Made by a program: the position numbers and the translations under genes
Shown here: positions 35,896 to 44,606 of the stretch, piece after piece
Position numbering within the stretch: position 1 is the stretch's first letter
Layout: each line of letters starts with the position of its first letter
Notes under the pieces: generated by a model
What the model was told of the DNA's origin: nothing
What the model saw: only the letters and a program-made list of their open reading frames with translations
Databases searched by the model: none
Assembly: GCA_029983575.1 (NCBI GenBank)
Contig: JASBZE010000001.1
Coordinates: 1 to 56,528 of the forward strand
DNA from: Peptostreptococcaceae bacterium
Lineage (GTDB): Bacteria > Bacillota > Clostridia > Peptostreptococcales > Peptostreptococcaceae
Direction: 5' to 3'
DNA: 56,528 nucleotides

Positions 35896-37230
35896 ATGAA
35901 ACTCTTAACATTTAAAGGAGGTATACATCCGCCATATGGAAAAGAGTACGCAAATACTAAGGCAATTGAGCGAGCTAAAGCACCCGAAAAGGTTTACATC
36001 CCTCTACAACAACACATAGGTGCTCCTGCTAAAGCTGTTGTTAACAAGGGTGATGAGGTTAAACTCGGTCAGTTGATAGGTGAAGCGCAGGGATTTGTTT
36101 CAAGTAACATCCACTCTTCGGTTTCTGGTAAGGTTGTAGACATCAAAGTCTGTGATGTGCCTGGGGGTCAAGCTCCATGTGTAATCATAGAAAACGACTT
36201 TAAAGAAGAACTTCATGAAAGTGTAAAGCCAAAGGGAGATTTAGAGACTCTCACAAAAGAGGAAATTGTAGGAATCATAAAAGATGCTGGTATCGTCGGC
36301 ATGGGTGGTGCGACATTTCCTAACCACGTAAAAATTTCTCCTCCGCCAAATTCTACGGCAGAGTACGTAATTTTAAATGGTGCAGAATGTGAACCATATT
36401 TGACTGCAGACGACAGATTAATGGTTGAGCGTCCAGACGATGTTGTCTTTGGTATTAGGGCATTGATGAAATCGCTAGACGTAAAAAAAGGATTTATAGG
36501 TATAGAGGCCAATAAGCCTGAGGCTTTAAAAAACGTCATGGAGGCAGCAAAAGCTTATCCTGAAGTTGAAGTTGTGGGTCTAGAAGTTAAATACCCACAA
36601 GGAGCAGAAAAACAACTTATTTATGCATGTACTGGTAGAGAGGTACCTTCTGGAGCACTTCCTATAGCAGTTGGAGCAGTTGTTGATAACGTTGGAACCG
36701 CTGCTGCGATATCTGATGCTATTCAAAAGGGAATGCCTCTAGTTGAAAGGATAACTACTGTTACAGGTCCATGTATAGCGGAACCAAAGAATCTGATCAC
36801 AAAAATCGGTACAAAGGTATACGAGATTATAGATCAGTGCGGAGGAATAAAACAAGGTGTAGAAGCTGGTAAACTTATCATGGGTGGACCTATGATGGGA
36901 CTTGCACAATACACTGACGATATTTCAACTAATAAGGGTTCTTCAGGAATATTGATACTTCCAGAGAGTGAAGCTAGATTCCCAGAACCACAAAACTGTA
37001 TTCGTTGTGGTAGATGTACAGAGGTATGTCCAGCATTTTTACAACCTTTATACATCAGTGCATATTCACTAAAAAATATGTTTGATCAAGCCGAAGCGGT
37101 TAACGCGATGGATTGTATAGAGTGTGGCTCATGTTCATTTATATGTCCAGCTGCAAGACCTCTACTTCCTTCAATAAGGACAGCTAAGAGGGAAATTGGG
37201 GCAAGAAGAAGAGCAGCCGCAAAAAAATAG
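35896..37230 (+). CDS. rnfC: Rnf electron transport complex subunit C
   Basis: 444 aa. The N-terminus FKGGIHPP, an NADH/FMN-binding-like core, and two CxxCxxCxxxCP 4Fe-4S motifs (CIRCGRCTEVCP and CIECGSCSFICP). Confidence 0.93.
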   Translation: MKLLTFKGGIHPPYGKEYANTKAIERAKAPEKVYIPLQQHIGAPAKAVVNKGDEVKLGQLIGEAQGFVSSNIHSSVSGKVVDIKVCDVPGGQAPCVIIENDFKEELHESVKPKGDLETLTKEEIVGIIKDAGIVGMGGATFPNHVKISPPPNSTAEYVILNGAECEPYLTADDRLMVERPDDVVFGIRALMKSLDVKKGFIGIEANKPEALKNVMEAAKAYPEVEVVGLEVKYPQGAEKQLIYACTGREVPSGALPIAVGAVVDNVGTAAAISDAIQKGMPLVERITTVTGPCIAEPKNLITKIGTKVYEIIDQCGGIKQGVEAGKLIMGGPMMGLAQYTDDISTNKGSSGILILPESEARFPEPQNCIRCGRCTEVCPAFLQPLYISAYSLKNMFDQAEAVNAMDCIECGSCSFICPAARPLLPSIRTAKREIGARRRAAAKK

Positions 37231-37248
37231 TATAAGGGGGATAAAATA

Positions 37249-38232
37249 ATGGTAAATAAACTTGTTGTATCATCATCTCCACATATAAGAACGAATGAAG
37301 ATACTTCCTACATAATGAAACAAGTACTAATCGCCCTAGCACCTGCAGCTTTAGCCGGATTATTCTACTTTAGATTGAATGCGCTATTAGCTATGGTATG
37401 CTGTATTGTCGGAGCGGTTGGTTCTGAGTACTTATTTAATAAGATAACAAAGAAGAGAAATACTATAGGTGACTATTCAGCAGCAGTTACAGGTTTACTG
37501 CTTGCATTTAACGTGCCTGCTTCACTACCATGGTGGATGTGCCTACTAGGTGGAGTTTTCGCAATAGTAGTAGTTAAGATGCTTTTCGGTGGAATTGGAT
37601 GTAACTTCCTAAACCCAGCACTAGCAGCTAGAGCTTTCCTACTAGCGTCTTTCCCAGTGGCTATGACAGCTTGGACTAAGACAGGGGTAACTTGGATAGG
37701 CAAGAATCTAGATGCCGTTTCAGTAGCTACACCACTATCATTTTTAAAGACAGGACCTCAAGGAATAGAGGCTATGAATAAGGCAGGTATTAGCTTATCA
37801 CATTTAATTACCGGTAATATCGGAGGAAGTTTGGGAGAAACTTGTGCGATACTAGTAATTTTAGGTGGAGTTTACCTAATGTACAAAAAAGTAATAAACT
37901 ACGTAATTCCATGCACATATTTGGCAACTGTATTTGTACTATCATTTTTACTTGGCGGATTTAATTTGACATTCGCCCTATATCAAATATTTGCAGGAGG
38001 AGTTATCCTTGGTGGATTCTTCATGTTGACAGATTACACTACTTCACCAATGACTACCAAGGGTCAAATCATATATTCAGTATTAGCAGGTCTAATCACT
38101 ACAGTTATAAGGCTATACGGTGGATATCCAGAGGGATGTTCATATTCAATCCTTCTTGTTAACTGTTTAGTTCCTCTAATAGATAAATTTGTAAATAACA
38201 GAGTATTTGGGGAGGTGGCTAAGAGTGAGTAA
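37249..38232 (+). CDS. rnfD: Rnf complex subunit D
   Basis: 327 aa polytopic membrane protein (NqrB/RnfD family) with an SPHI motif near the N-terminus and the FMN-attachment-like TGATPL-equivalent VATPLS. Confidence 0.9.
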   Translation: MVNKLVVSSSPHIRTNEDTSYIMKQVLIALAPAALAGLFYFRLNALLAMVCCIVGAVGSEYLFNKITKKRNTIGDYSAAVTGLLLAFNVPASLPWWMCLLGGVFAIVVVKMLFGGIGCNFLNPALAARAFLLASFPVAMTAWTKTGVTWIGKNLDAVSVATPLSFLKTGPQGIEAMNKAGISLSHLITGNIGGSLGETCAILVILGGVYLMYKKVINYVIPCTYLATVFVLSFLLGGFNLTFALYQIFAGGVILGGFFMLTDYTTSPMTTKGQIIYSVLAGLITTVIRLYGGYPEGCSYSILLVNCLVPLIDKFVNNRVFGEVAKSE

Positions 38233-38794
38233 GACTATAAAAGTTGTAGGGACATTATTTGTAATATGTATAGTAGCTGCTGCATGTCTAGCCTTGACTA
38301 ACCAGGTTACCGCTCCTATCATCAAAAACAGAGATATTCAAGCTAATAACGAACTTAGACAGATGGTACTACCTGAGGCAAAAGAATTCAAGCAAATCGA
38401 CGCTAAGGGATTTAAGGCTGACAAAGGTGGATTAACTCAAGAGGTATACGAAGGTTCTAACGGCGGCAAGGTTGTAGGTTATACTATTAAGACTCAACCA
38501 AGCGGTTACGGCGGAAAATTCGACATGATAATTGGTATATCTAAAGACGGCAAGATTACCGGAGTAGATATGGCTAATATGCAAGAGACAGCTGGTCTAG
38601 GAGCAAAGGCAGCTGATGAAGACTTCAAGGGTCAATATAAAGGCAAAGGTACTGATAAAGATTTGGTAGTTGCTAAAGGTAGCGCTAAGGGAGATAACGA
38701 AATACTTGCTATTTCAGGTGCTACTATAACGTCTACTGCCACTGTAAATGGTGTGAACGCCGCTATTGAAGTGTTCAACAATTCGTTTAAGTAG
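38225..38794 (+). CDS. rnfG: Rnf complex subunit G
   Basis: N-terminal anchor plus an FMN-binding domain with SGATITS (covalent FMN motif). A GGGGAGGTGG SD favours the GTG at 38225, which overlaps the rnfD end. Confidence 0.88.
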   Translation: MSKTIKVVGTLFVICIVAAACLALTNQVTAPIIKNRDIQANNELRQMVLPEAKEFKQIDAKGFKADKGGLTQEVYEGSNGGKVVGYTIKTQPSGYGGKFDMIIGISKDGKITGVDMANMQETAGLGAKAADEDFKGQYKGKGTDKDLVVAKGSAKGDNEILAISGATITSTATVNGVNAAIEVFNNSFK

Positions 38795-38805
38795 GAGGGA
38801 TATCA

Positions 38806-39399
38806 ATGAATTTAGGTAAAATATTTAAAGCCGGTATAATAGATGATAACCCAACCTTCGTGCAGGTTATCGGTATGTGTCCAACCCTTGCCGTTACTAC
38901 ATCAGCTATAAACGGACTCGGTATGGGACTTTCTACAGCTGCGGTTTTAATCTGTGCAAACTTGGTTATATCCGCTCTAAGAAAGATAATTCCTGATAAG
39001 GTAAGGATACCGGTATTCATAGTTGTAATTGCATCTTTCGTTACAATAGTACAGATGGTGCTTAAGGCTTTCGTTCCAGCACTTGACAAGGCACTTGGAC
39101 TTTACATTCCGCTAATAGTTGTTAACTGTATCATACTTGCTAGAGCAGAGAGTTTCGCAAGCAAAAACGGTGTGGTTTCATCTATAGTAGATGGTTTAGG
39201 ACAAGGTATAGGATTTACGATAGCTTTATTCGTACTAGGAGCTGTCAGAGAAATCTTAGGTAATGGTAGTATACTTAATTTCGCAATACTAGGTTCTCAC
39301 TACCAACCTATACTTATATTTATACTGCCTCCAGGAGCTTTCCTAACACTAGGATTTTTATTTGCAGGCTTTAATAAATTGAGTAAGAAGAAGGCATAG
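38806..39399 (+). CDS. rnfE: Rnf complex subunit E
   Basis: 197 aa NqrD/RnfE-family membrane protein (GMCPTLAVT, LIVVNCIILARAE). Confidence 0.9.
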   Translation: MNLGKIFKAGIIDDNPTFVQVIGMCPTLAVTTSAINGLGMGLSTAAVLICANLVISALRKIIPDKVRIPVFIVVIASFVTIVQMVLKAFVPALDKALGLYIPLIVVNCIILARAESFASKNGVVSSIVDGLGQGIGFTIALFVLGAVREILGNGSILNFAILGSHYQPILIFILPPGAFLTLGFLFAGFNKLSKKKA

Positions 39400-39414
39400 C
39401 GGAGGTGTAATATA

Positions 39415-39990
39415 ATGAAATTAATTTTATTGTTTTTAAGTATAGTATTAGTTAACAACGTTATTACATCGCAGTTTTTGGGTATTTGTCCGTTCCTAGG
39501 TGTATCAAAGAAAGTCGATACAGCAATAGGTATGGGTGTTGCCGTAACTTTTGTTTTGACTCTTGCTTCTATCATCACATTCTTTATTCAGATGATATTG
39601 GTAAAGACAGGAACAGTTTACCTACAAACAATAGCTTTTATACTAGTTATTGCGTCAATCGTTCAGTTCGTTGAGATGGTAATCAAGAAGATGTCACCTT
39701 CTCTATATCAAGCGCTAGGAGTTTTCCTACCACTTATAACTACAAACTGTGCGGTTTTGGGTATTGCGTTGGTTAACGTGGACAAGGGATATAATTTGAT
39801 AGAGACCATTATAAATGGTTTTGGAGCAGGTATTGGTTTTACATTGGCGATTGTAATATTCGCAGGTATAAGGGAGAGACTAGAACTATCAGATGTAAAT
39901 GAAGCTTTTGAAGGTTTCCCTATAACGCTGATATCAGCGGGTCTGATGTCTATTGCATTCCTTGGATTTACAGGATTAATCAAATTATAG
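39415..39990 (+). CDS. rnfA: Rnf complex subunit A
   Basis: 191 aa NqrE/RnfA-family membrane protein (GICPFLGVS, LITTNCAVLG). Confidence 0.9.
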   Translation: MKLILLFLSIVLVNNVITSQFLGICPFLGVSKKVDTAIGMGVAVTFVLTLASIITFFIQMILVKTGTVYLQTIAFILVIASIVQFVEMVIKKMSPSLYQALGVFLPLITTNCAVLGIALVNVDKGYNLIETIINGFGAGIGFTLAIVIFAGIRERLELSDVNEAFEGFPITLISAGLMSIAFLGFTGLIKL

Positions 39991-40004
39991 GAGGTGCATA
40001 GAGT

Positions 40005-41087
40005 ATGGTAATTGCGATATTAGTACTAGGTTTACTAGGATTGGTCTTCGGTCTTATACTGGATTTTGCATCTAAGAAATTTGCAGTTGAAGTTGATCCA
40101 AGAGAAGAAGCTGTGTTGTCAGTGCTTCCGGGAGCAAACTGCGGAGGTTGCGGATTTCCTGGTTGTGGAGGTCTAGCTGCTGCAATAGCATCTGGTGAAG
40201 CACCAGTTAACGCATGTCCAGTCGGAGGTGCTCAAGTTGCGGCACAGGTTGCTGAAATAATGGGTGTTGAAGCTGAGACAGGAGCTCGTAAGGTTGCTAA
40301 GGTAATATGTAAGGGTAATCACGACAATGCTTCTACAAAATACCTATATGACGGTTACACAGATTGTAGGGCTGCGGCTGCTCTTAACGGTGGTCAAAAA
40401 ATATGTAAGTATGGATGTTTAGGACTTGGCTCTTGTGTTCAAGTGTGTAAGTTCGATGCAATTCATGTTGTAAATGGAGTTGCTGTAGTTGATGAAGACA
40501 AATGCGTTAACTGTGGTAAATGTATAGATATTTGTCCAAAACAACTTATAATAAGAAAACCGGTTGATAAAGAGGTCGTTGTTGAATGTAACAGTTTAGA
40601 CTTCGGTAAGACTGTTAAAGATGCTTGTACAGTAGGATGTATAGGATGTGGAATCTGTTTTAAAACTTGTAAATTCGGAGCTATTGTCTTTGAAAATAAG
40701 ATAGCTAAGATAGATTTTGACAAGTGCGTTCAGTGTAATATGTGTGCGCAAAAGTGTCCTACTAAAGCAATAAATCCTAAGGAGAGAAAAAAGAAAGTTC
40801 CTCCTAAAAAGGTAGAGGCTAAACCACAAGAAGCAAAGAATGAAGAGGTTAAGCCAGAACCAAAGGCAGCAGAACCTAAGGAAGTAAAACCTCAAGAACC
40901 TAAAGAGGCTAAGGAAGTAAAAGCTCAAGAGGTTAAGCCGGCTGAAAAGGAAGTAAAGACTGAGGAAGTTAAGCCAGTTGAGGAAGTAAAAACTCAGGAG
41001 ACTAAACCAGTTGAAGAGGTCAAAATTGAGGAAACTAAGCCAGTCGAAGAAGTTAAGCCAGTTGAAGAGGTTAAACCAGTAGAATAA
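40005..41087 (+). CDS. rnfB: Rnf complex subunit B with a ~100-aa repetitive Lys/Glu/Pro/Val-rich C-terminal tail
   Basis: N-terminal TM segment, a CGGCGFPGCGG cluster motif, and several ferredoxin-type CxxCxxCxxxCP motifs. The tail starts at about nt 40791 (KPVEEVK-type repeats). Confidence 0.9.
   Translation: MVIAILVLGLLGLVFGLILDFASKKFAVEVDPREEAVLSVLPGANCGGCGFPGCGGLAAAIASGEAPVNACPVGGAQVAAQVAEIMGVEAETGARKVAKVICKGNHDNASTKYLYDGYTDCRAAAALNGGQKICKYGCLGLGSCVQVCKFDAIHVVNGVAVVDEDKCVNCGKCIDICPKQLIIRKPVDKEVVVECNSLDFGKTVKDACTVGCIGCGICFKTCKFGAIVFENKIAKIDFDKCVQCNMCAQKCPTKAINPKERKKKVPPKKVEAKPQEAKNEEVKPEPKAAEPKEVKPQEPKEAKEVKAQEVKPAEKEVKTEEVKPVEEVKTQETKPVEEVKIEETKPVEEVKPVEEVKPVE
40791..41087 (+). repeat. 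In-frame degenerate tandem repeats encoding (E/T)E(V/T)KP(V)EEVK units in the rnfB 3' end
   Basis: aagccagttgaagaggt-like units recur at least 5 times between 40960 and 41080. The translated sequence is EEVKPVEEVKTQETKPVEEVKIEETKPVEEVKPVEEVKPVE. Confidence 0.85.
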
Positions 41088-41093
41088 TTTTAA

Positions 41094-41120
41094 GGGAGGT
41101 CTAATAGACCTCCTTTTTTG
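41094..41120 (+). terminator. Intrinsic terminator after rnfB
   Basis: ggaggtct / agacctcc stem, followed by a T6 run. Confidence 0.8.
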
Positions 41121-41163
41121 TGAATTAAATATTGTTTTTAAAGCAAAAATATCTTATGTAGTA

Positions 41164-41196
41164 GGGGTCTTTGATGTGTACAAAGGCCTCTTTTTA
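41164..41196 (+). terminator. Second, tandem terminator hairpin
   Basis: GGGGUCUUUG / CAAAGGCCUC form a 10-bp stem with two G-U pairs, followed by a U5 run. Confidence 0.6.
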
Positions 41197-41414
41197 GCGG
41201 ATGAATATATATAAATTTAATATGAATAAGAATGTGACTATAATTAAAATGAAAGTATTTCACCCGTTAATGAATATTTTAAAACTCTCAGTAATTATTG
41301 AAATTTTTGCTGTAAAATGATAGACTTAAATATGGAAACAATAGTTAAGAGGTGGTAATATGATAAAATATACTTCTATTAATACCACTAGTTCTATTAG
41401 GTGGTAACCGAGTT

Positions 41415-42113
41415 TTGAAATACGATAATAGTGGTTCGCTTATGATTAGAGAGATGCTGTATGATGAGAGGCCTAGGGAGAAATTAGTAGCCAAGGGCCC
41501 TGAGTATCTAACTGATGTCGAGCTTTTAGCAATACTTCTCAGAACCGGAACTCAAGGCATGAGTGCCATTGATGTTTCTAGAAATCTATTAAAAAATTAC
41601 AACCAAGGTGTGAGGTCGTTGACAGAGGTAAAGATCGAAGAGCTTTGTGCCTATGAGGGAATTGGTAAGTCTAAGGCGGCTCTTATACTTGCAGCTGTCG
41701 AGCTAGGAAAGAGGATAGCTACGGCTGTCCCTGAAAATAGGACGATAACCAGCCCTGAGGATGTTTATAGATTTTATGGAGAGGAAATGAAGCATCTGAA
41801 AAAAGAGGAGTTTAGAACGATTATGCTTGATACAAAAAACAGGATAATATCTGAATCCAAGGTGTCTGTAGGAACTTTGAACTCTTCGTTGGTTCACCCT
41901 AGGGAAGTATTCAAGGATGCGATAAGGATTAGCGCGTGTTCTATGATATTAGTTCACAATCATCCATCAGGAAATTCCAAACCTTCCAATCAAGATTTTA
42001 TGACGACTTCAAGGTTGAAAGAGTGCGGAGACATTGTTGGCATCAGTATTATCGATCATATAGTCATCGGCGATGGAGAATATTACAGCTTTAAAGAAAA
42101 CAATGATTTATAG
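41415..42113 (+). CDS. radC: RadC-like JAB-domain protein (UPF0758)
   Basis: ERPREKL and HhH-like N-terminal region. C-terminal JAMM-like motif LVHNHPSGNSKPSNQD. The TTG at 41415 has an AGGTGG SD 10 nt upstream. The ATG at 41442 (MIREML) is an alternative start. Confidence 0.88.
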   Translation: MKYDNSGSLMIREMLYDERPREKLVAKGPEYLTDVELLAILLRTGTQGMSAIDVSRNLLKNYNQGVRSLTEVKIEELCAYEGIGKSKAALILAAVELGKRIATAVPENRTITSPEDVYRFYGEEMKHLKKEEFRTIMLDTKNRIISESKVSVGTLNSSLVHPREVFKDAIRISACSMILVHNHPSGNSKPSNQDFMTTSRLKECGDIVGISIIDHIVIGDGEYYSFKENNDL

Positions 42114-42144
42114 TTTATTAGATAGTCATTAACGGGAGGAAGAA

Positions 42145-43206
42145 ATGAGTAAGGAAAAAGGTGGATTTTTCAGTAATCTATTTAAATTCAATAAAATATC
42201 TCAGGATATGGGGATAGACTTAGGAACAGCAAATACTTTAGTTTATATAAAAGGACAGGGAATTGTGGTTAGAGAGCCATCAGTGGTAGCTATTAGAGAT
42301 GACAGCAAAGAAGTTTTAGCTGTGGGGGAAGAGGCAAAGAGGATGATAGGTCGTACACCTGGAAATATAGTTGCCATTAGACCTATGAAAGATGGTGTAA
42401 TAGCAGATTTTGACATTACCCAGTCAATGATTTCTTATTTTATTCAAAAAGCTGCAGAGAAAAAGGGAATGCTTAATTTAAGGATTGCTATCTGTGTGCC
42501 TTATGGTGTTACAGAAGTCGAAAAAAATGCCATAGAGCAGGCTGCTATTCAAGCGGGTGCCAAGGATAGTTTTTTAATTGAAGAGCCTATGGCTGCTGCT
42601 ATTGGAGCAGGTATTAGGGTAGAAAATCCTGATGGAAATATGATAGTCGACATAGGTGGAGGTACTACTGAAATTGCAGTTATATCATTAGGTGGAATAG
42701 TGGCAGCTAAGTCAATTCGTTCAGGAGGGGACGAATTTGATGAATCGATAGTCGACTACGTGAGAAAGGAATACAATCTAATGATTGGAGAGAGAACGGC
42801 TGAAAATATTAAAGTTGCCATTGGATCTAGTCATTATGACGATAAAGAGTTGTATAAAGAGATTAGAGGTAGAGATCTGATGACCGGACTGCCAAAGATC
42901 ATTACAATAAGCTCATCTGAAATAAGAGAGGCTCTAAAGGATACTGTAGATGTGATCGTCGACGGAATAAAGGCTACACTGGAAGCCACACCACCGGAGT
43001 TAGCTTCTGACATAATGGAAAATGGAATACTTCTAACAGGTGGGGGTGCGATGTTGAGGGGACTTGCAAATCTAGTGAGTGAGCAAACAGGTCTATTCGT
43101 CAAAGTGGCGGAAAATCCTCTTGATTGCGTTGCACTTGGAACAGGAAAGTCTATTGAAGATCCCGAGATATTCGAAAAAGTATTATTAGTGAATTCTAAA
43201 CAGTAA
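42145..43206 (+). CDS. mreB: Rod shape-determining actin homologue MreB
   Basis: 353 aa with [10 protein letters not shown] and [12 protein letters not shown] motifs. Confidence 0.95.
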   Translation: MSKEKGGFFSNLFKFNKISQDMGIDLGTANTLVYIKGQGIVVREPSVVAIRDDSKEVLAVGEEAKRMIGRTPGNIVAIRPMKDGVIADFDITQSMISYFIQKAAEKKGMLNLRIAICVPYGVTEVEKNAIEQAAIQAGAKDSFLIEEPMAAAIGAGIRVENPDGNMIVDIGGGTTEIAVISLGGIVAAKSIRSGGDEFDESIVDYVRKEYNLMIGERTAENIKVAIGSSHYDDKELYKEIRGRDLMTGLPKIITISSSEIREALKDTVDVIVDGIKATLEATPPELASDIMENGILLTGGGAMLRGLANLVSEQTGLFVKVAENPLDCVALGTGKSIEDPEIFEKVLLVNSKQ

Positions 43207-43208
43207 AG

Positions 43209-44105
43209 TTGGTGATATTCTTGAAATATCAAAGAAAGAGAATATTGAAACGAAAGCCTAACTATAAAATAATAGCAACGTTCTTTGTTGCTATTATTTT
43301 GGTTATAGTAACTATAACCTCATTGGTAAAGGGCTCTTTTTCATCTAATGTGACGGGCAGTTTAAAACAACCACTTTATGCGGTTGGAGGAGGAATAAAT
43401 CGCATAAAGAGAACCCCTGCGAAGTTTTTCTCGGATTTGGCTAACTTTATGAAAAATGCTGACAGGGTAGAGAAACTTGAGAGGGAAAACAGCGAGTTAA
43501 AAAGAGACCTTCTAAAGATGCAGAAGGAAAAGAATACGCAAGCTTCATTACTAGAACTACAAAACTCACTTAATTACTATAAGTTAGATGATGAAAACAG
43601 ATATATAACAGCTGGCACAGTTGCTAAAAACGATGGACTTTACTATGAGAGTTTTGTAATTAGCGCAGGAAAAAACGCGGGCGTTGTAAAGGATAGTGTA
43701 GTTATAAACGAGAAGGGCGTCATAGGTATTGTATATGAAGTGGATCAGAAATATTCAAAGGTAATAACTTTGATTGACTCGAAAACTTCAGTTGGATTTT
43801 CATTAAATAAAAATCCTAATGACAAGGGAGTTATATCTCACAATATTTCGCTTCCGGAAAAATTAAAGAGTAATTCCAAGGAGTTTTTAGTTGGATACCT
43901 TTTTAATTCCGAAGCCGACGTCATTCAAGGGGACTCTATTTCGACTTCAGGTTTAGGAATATACCCAGGGGGACTTCCAATTGGTGAGGTCGATGAGGTT
44001 AGATACGACAAAAATAAATCTATAAAGTATATAAAGATAAGGCCCTTTGTAGATTATTCTATGATTGATGACGTTATTGTAATACCCCCTAGAAATTTAA
44101 GATAG
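43209..44105 (+). CDS. mreC: Rod shape-determining protein MreC
   Basis: About 298 aa. N-terminal TM segment, a coiled coil (LERENSELKRDLLKMQKEK), and a beta-rich C-domain. The position after mreB supports the call. The start codon is uncertain: TTG 43209, GTG 43212 or TTG 43221. Confidence 0.85.
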   Translation: MVIFLKYQRKRILKRKPNYKIIATFFVAIILVIVTITSLVKGSFSSNVTGSLKQPLYAVGGGINRIKRTPAKFFSDLANFMKNADRVEKLERENSELKRDLLKMQKEKNTQASLLELQNSLNYYKLDDENRYITAGTVAKNDGLYYESFVISAGKNAGVVKDSVVINEKGVIGIVYEVDQKYSKVITLIDSKTSVGFSLNKNPNDKGVISHNISLPEKLKSNSKEFLVGYLFNSEADVIQGDSISTSGLGIYPGGLPIGEVDEVRYDKNKSIKYIKIRPFVDYSMIDDVIVIPPRNLR

Positions 44106-44113
44106 GTGATGTT

Positions 44114-44602
44114 ATGAATAATATGATAAAGGAAATATTAAAGATAATAATTGGAATACTGATCATTGTTATTCAAGTGTCCTTTCTTAACTTAATTTTA
44201 CCAAAGGCTATTATTCCTAATCTACTGGTAATTTTTATAGTCATAACATCTCTTTACAACGATCAGGTAAAATCTATGTGCACTTCTATGTTTATGGGAG
44301 TACTATTAGATATAATGGTTGGTTCGATAATAAGTATGAGCGCAATGGTTTTTTTAGTGGTGTCATATCTTATATCAAAATATAGGCTTAAGATATATAG
44401 AGATAATAGGGTCATAGTTTCTGGTTTTGTTTTTATTACGAGTATAATTTATAATATTACTGGATACATATTGACTGCGATTAGATATAATATAGGACCT
44501 GTGTTTGAATTTGTGGTTATCGGACTTTTGATTACACCTCTAATCAATTCACTGATAACATACTTTATTTTTAACAAGGTCAGAAAGTTTTTAGGACAGT
44601 AA
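44114..44602 (+). CDS. mreD: Rod shape-determining protein MreD
   Basis: 162 aa polytopic membrane protein, positioned after mreC. Confidence 0.8.
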   Translation: MNNMIKEILKIIIGILIIVIQVSFLNLILPKAIIPNLLVIFIVITSLYNDQVKSMCTSMFMGVLLDIMVGSIISMSAMVFLVVSYLISKYRLKIYRDNRVIVSGFVFITSIIYNITGYILTAIRYNIGPVFEFVVIGLLITPLINSLITYFIFNKVRKFLGQ

Positions 44603-44606
44603 AGTT

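Noticed and set aside
41360-41407. A 15-codon ORF (MIKYTSINTTSSIRW) lies upstream of radC. It has an AAGAGGTGG SD and a repeated AGGTGGTAA motif (41349 and 41398).
   Set aside because: It is very short and AT-rich, with only weak flanking secondary structure. The second AGGTGG is more simply explained as the SD for the TTG start of radC. I have no means to test conservation.
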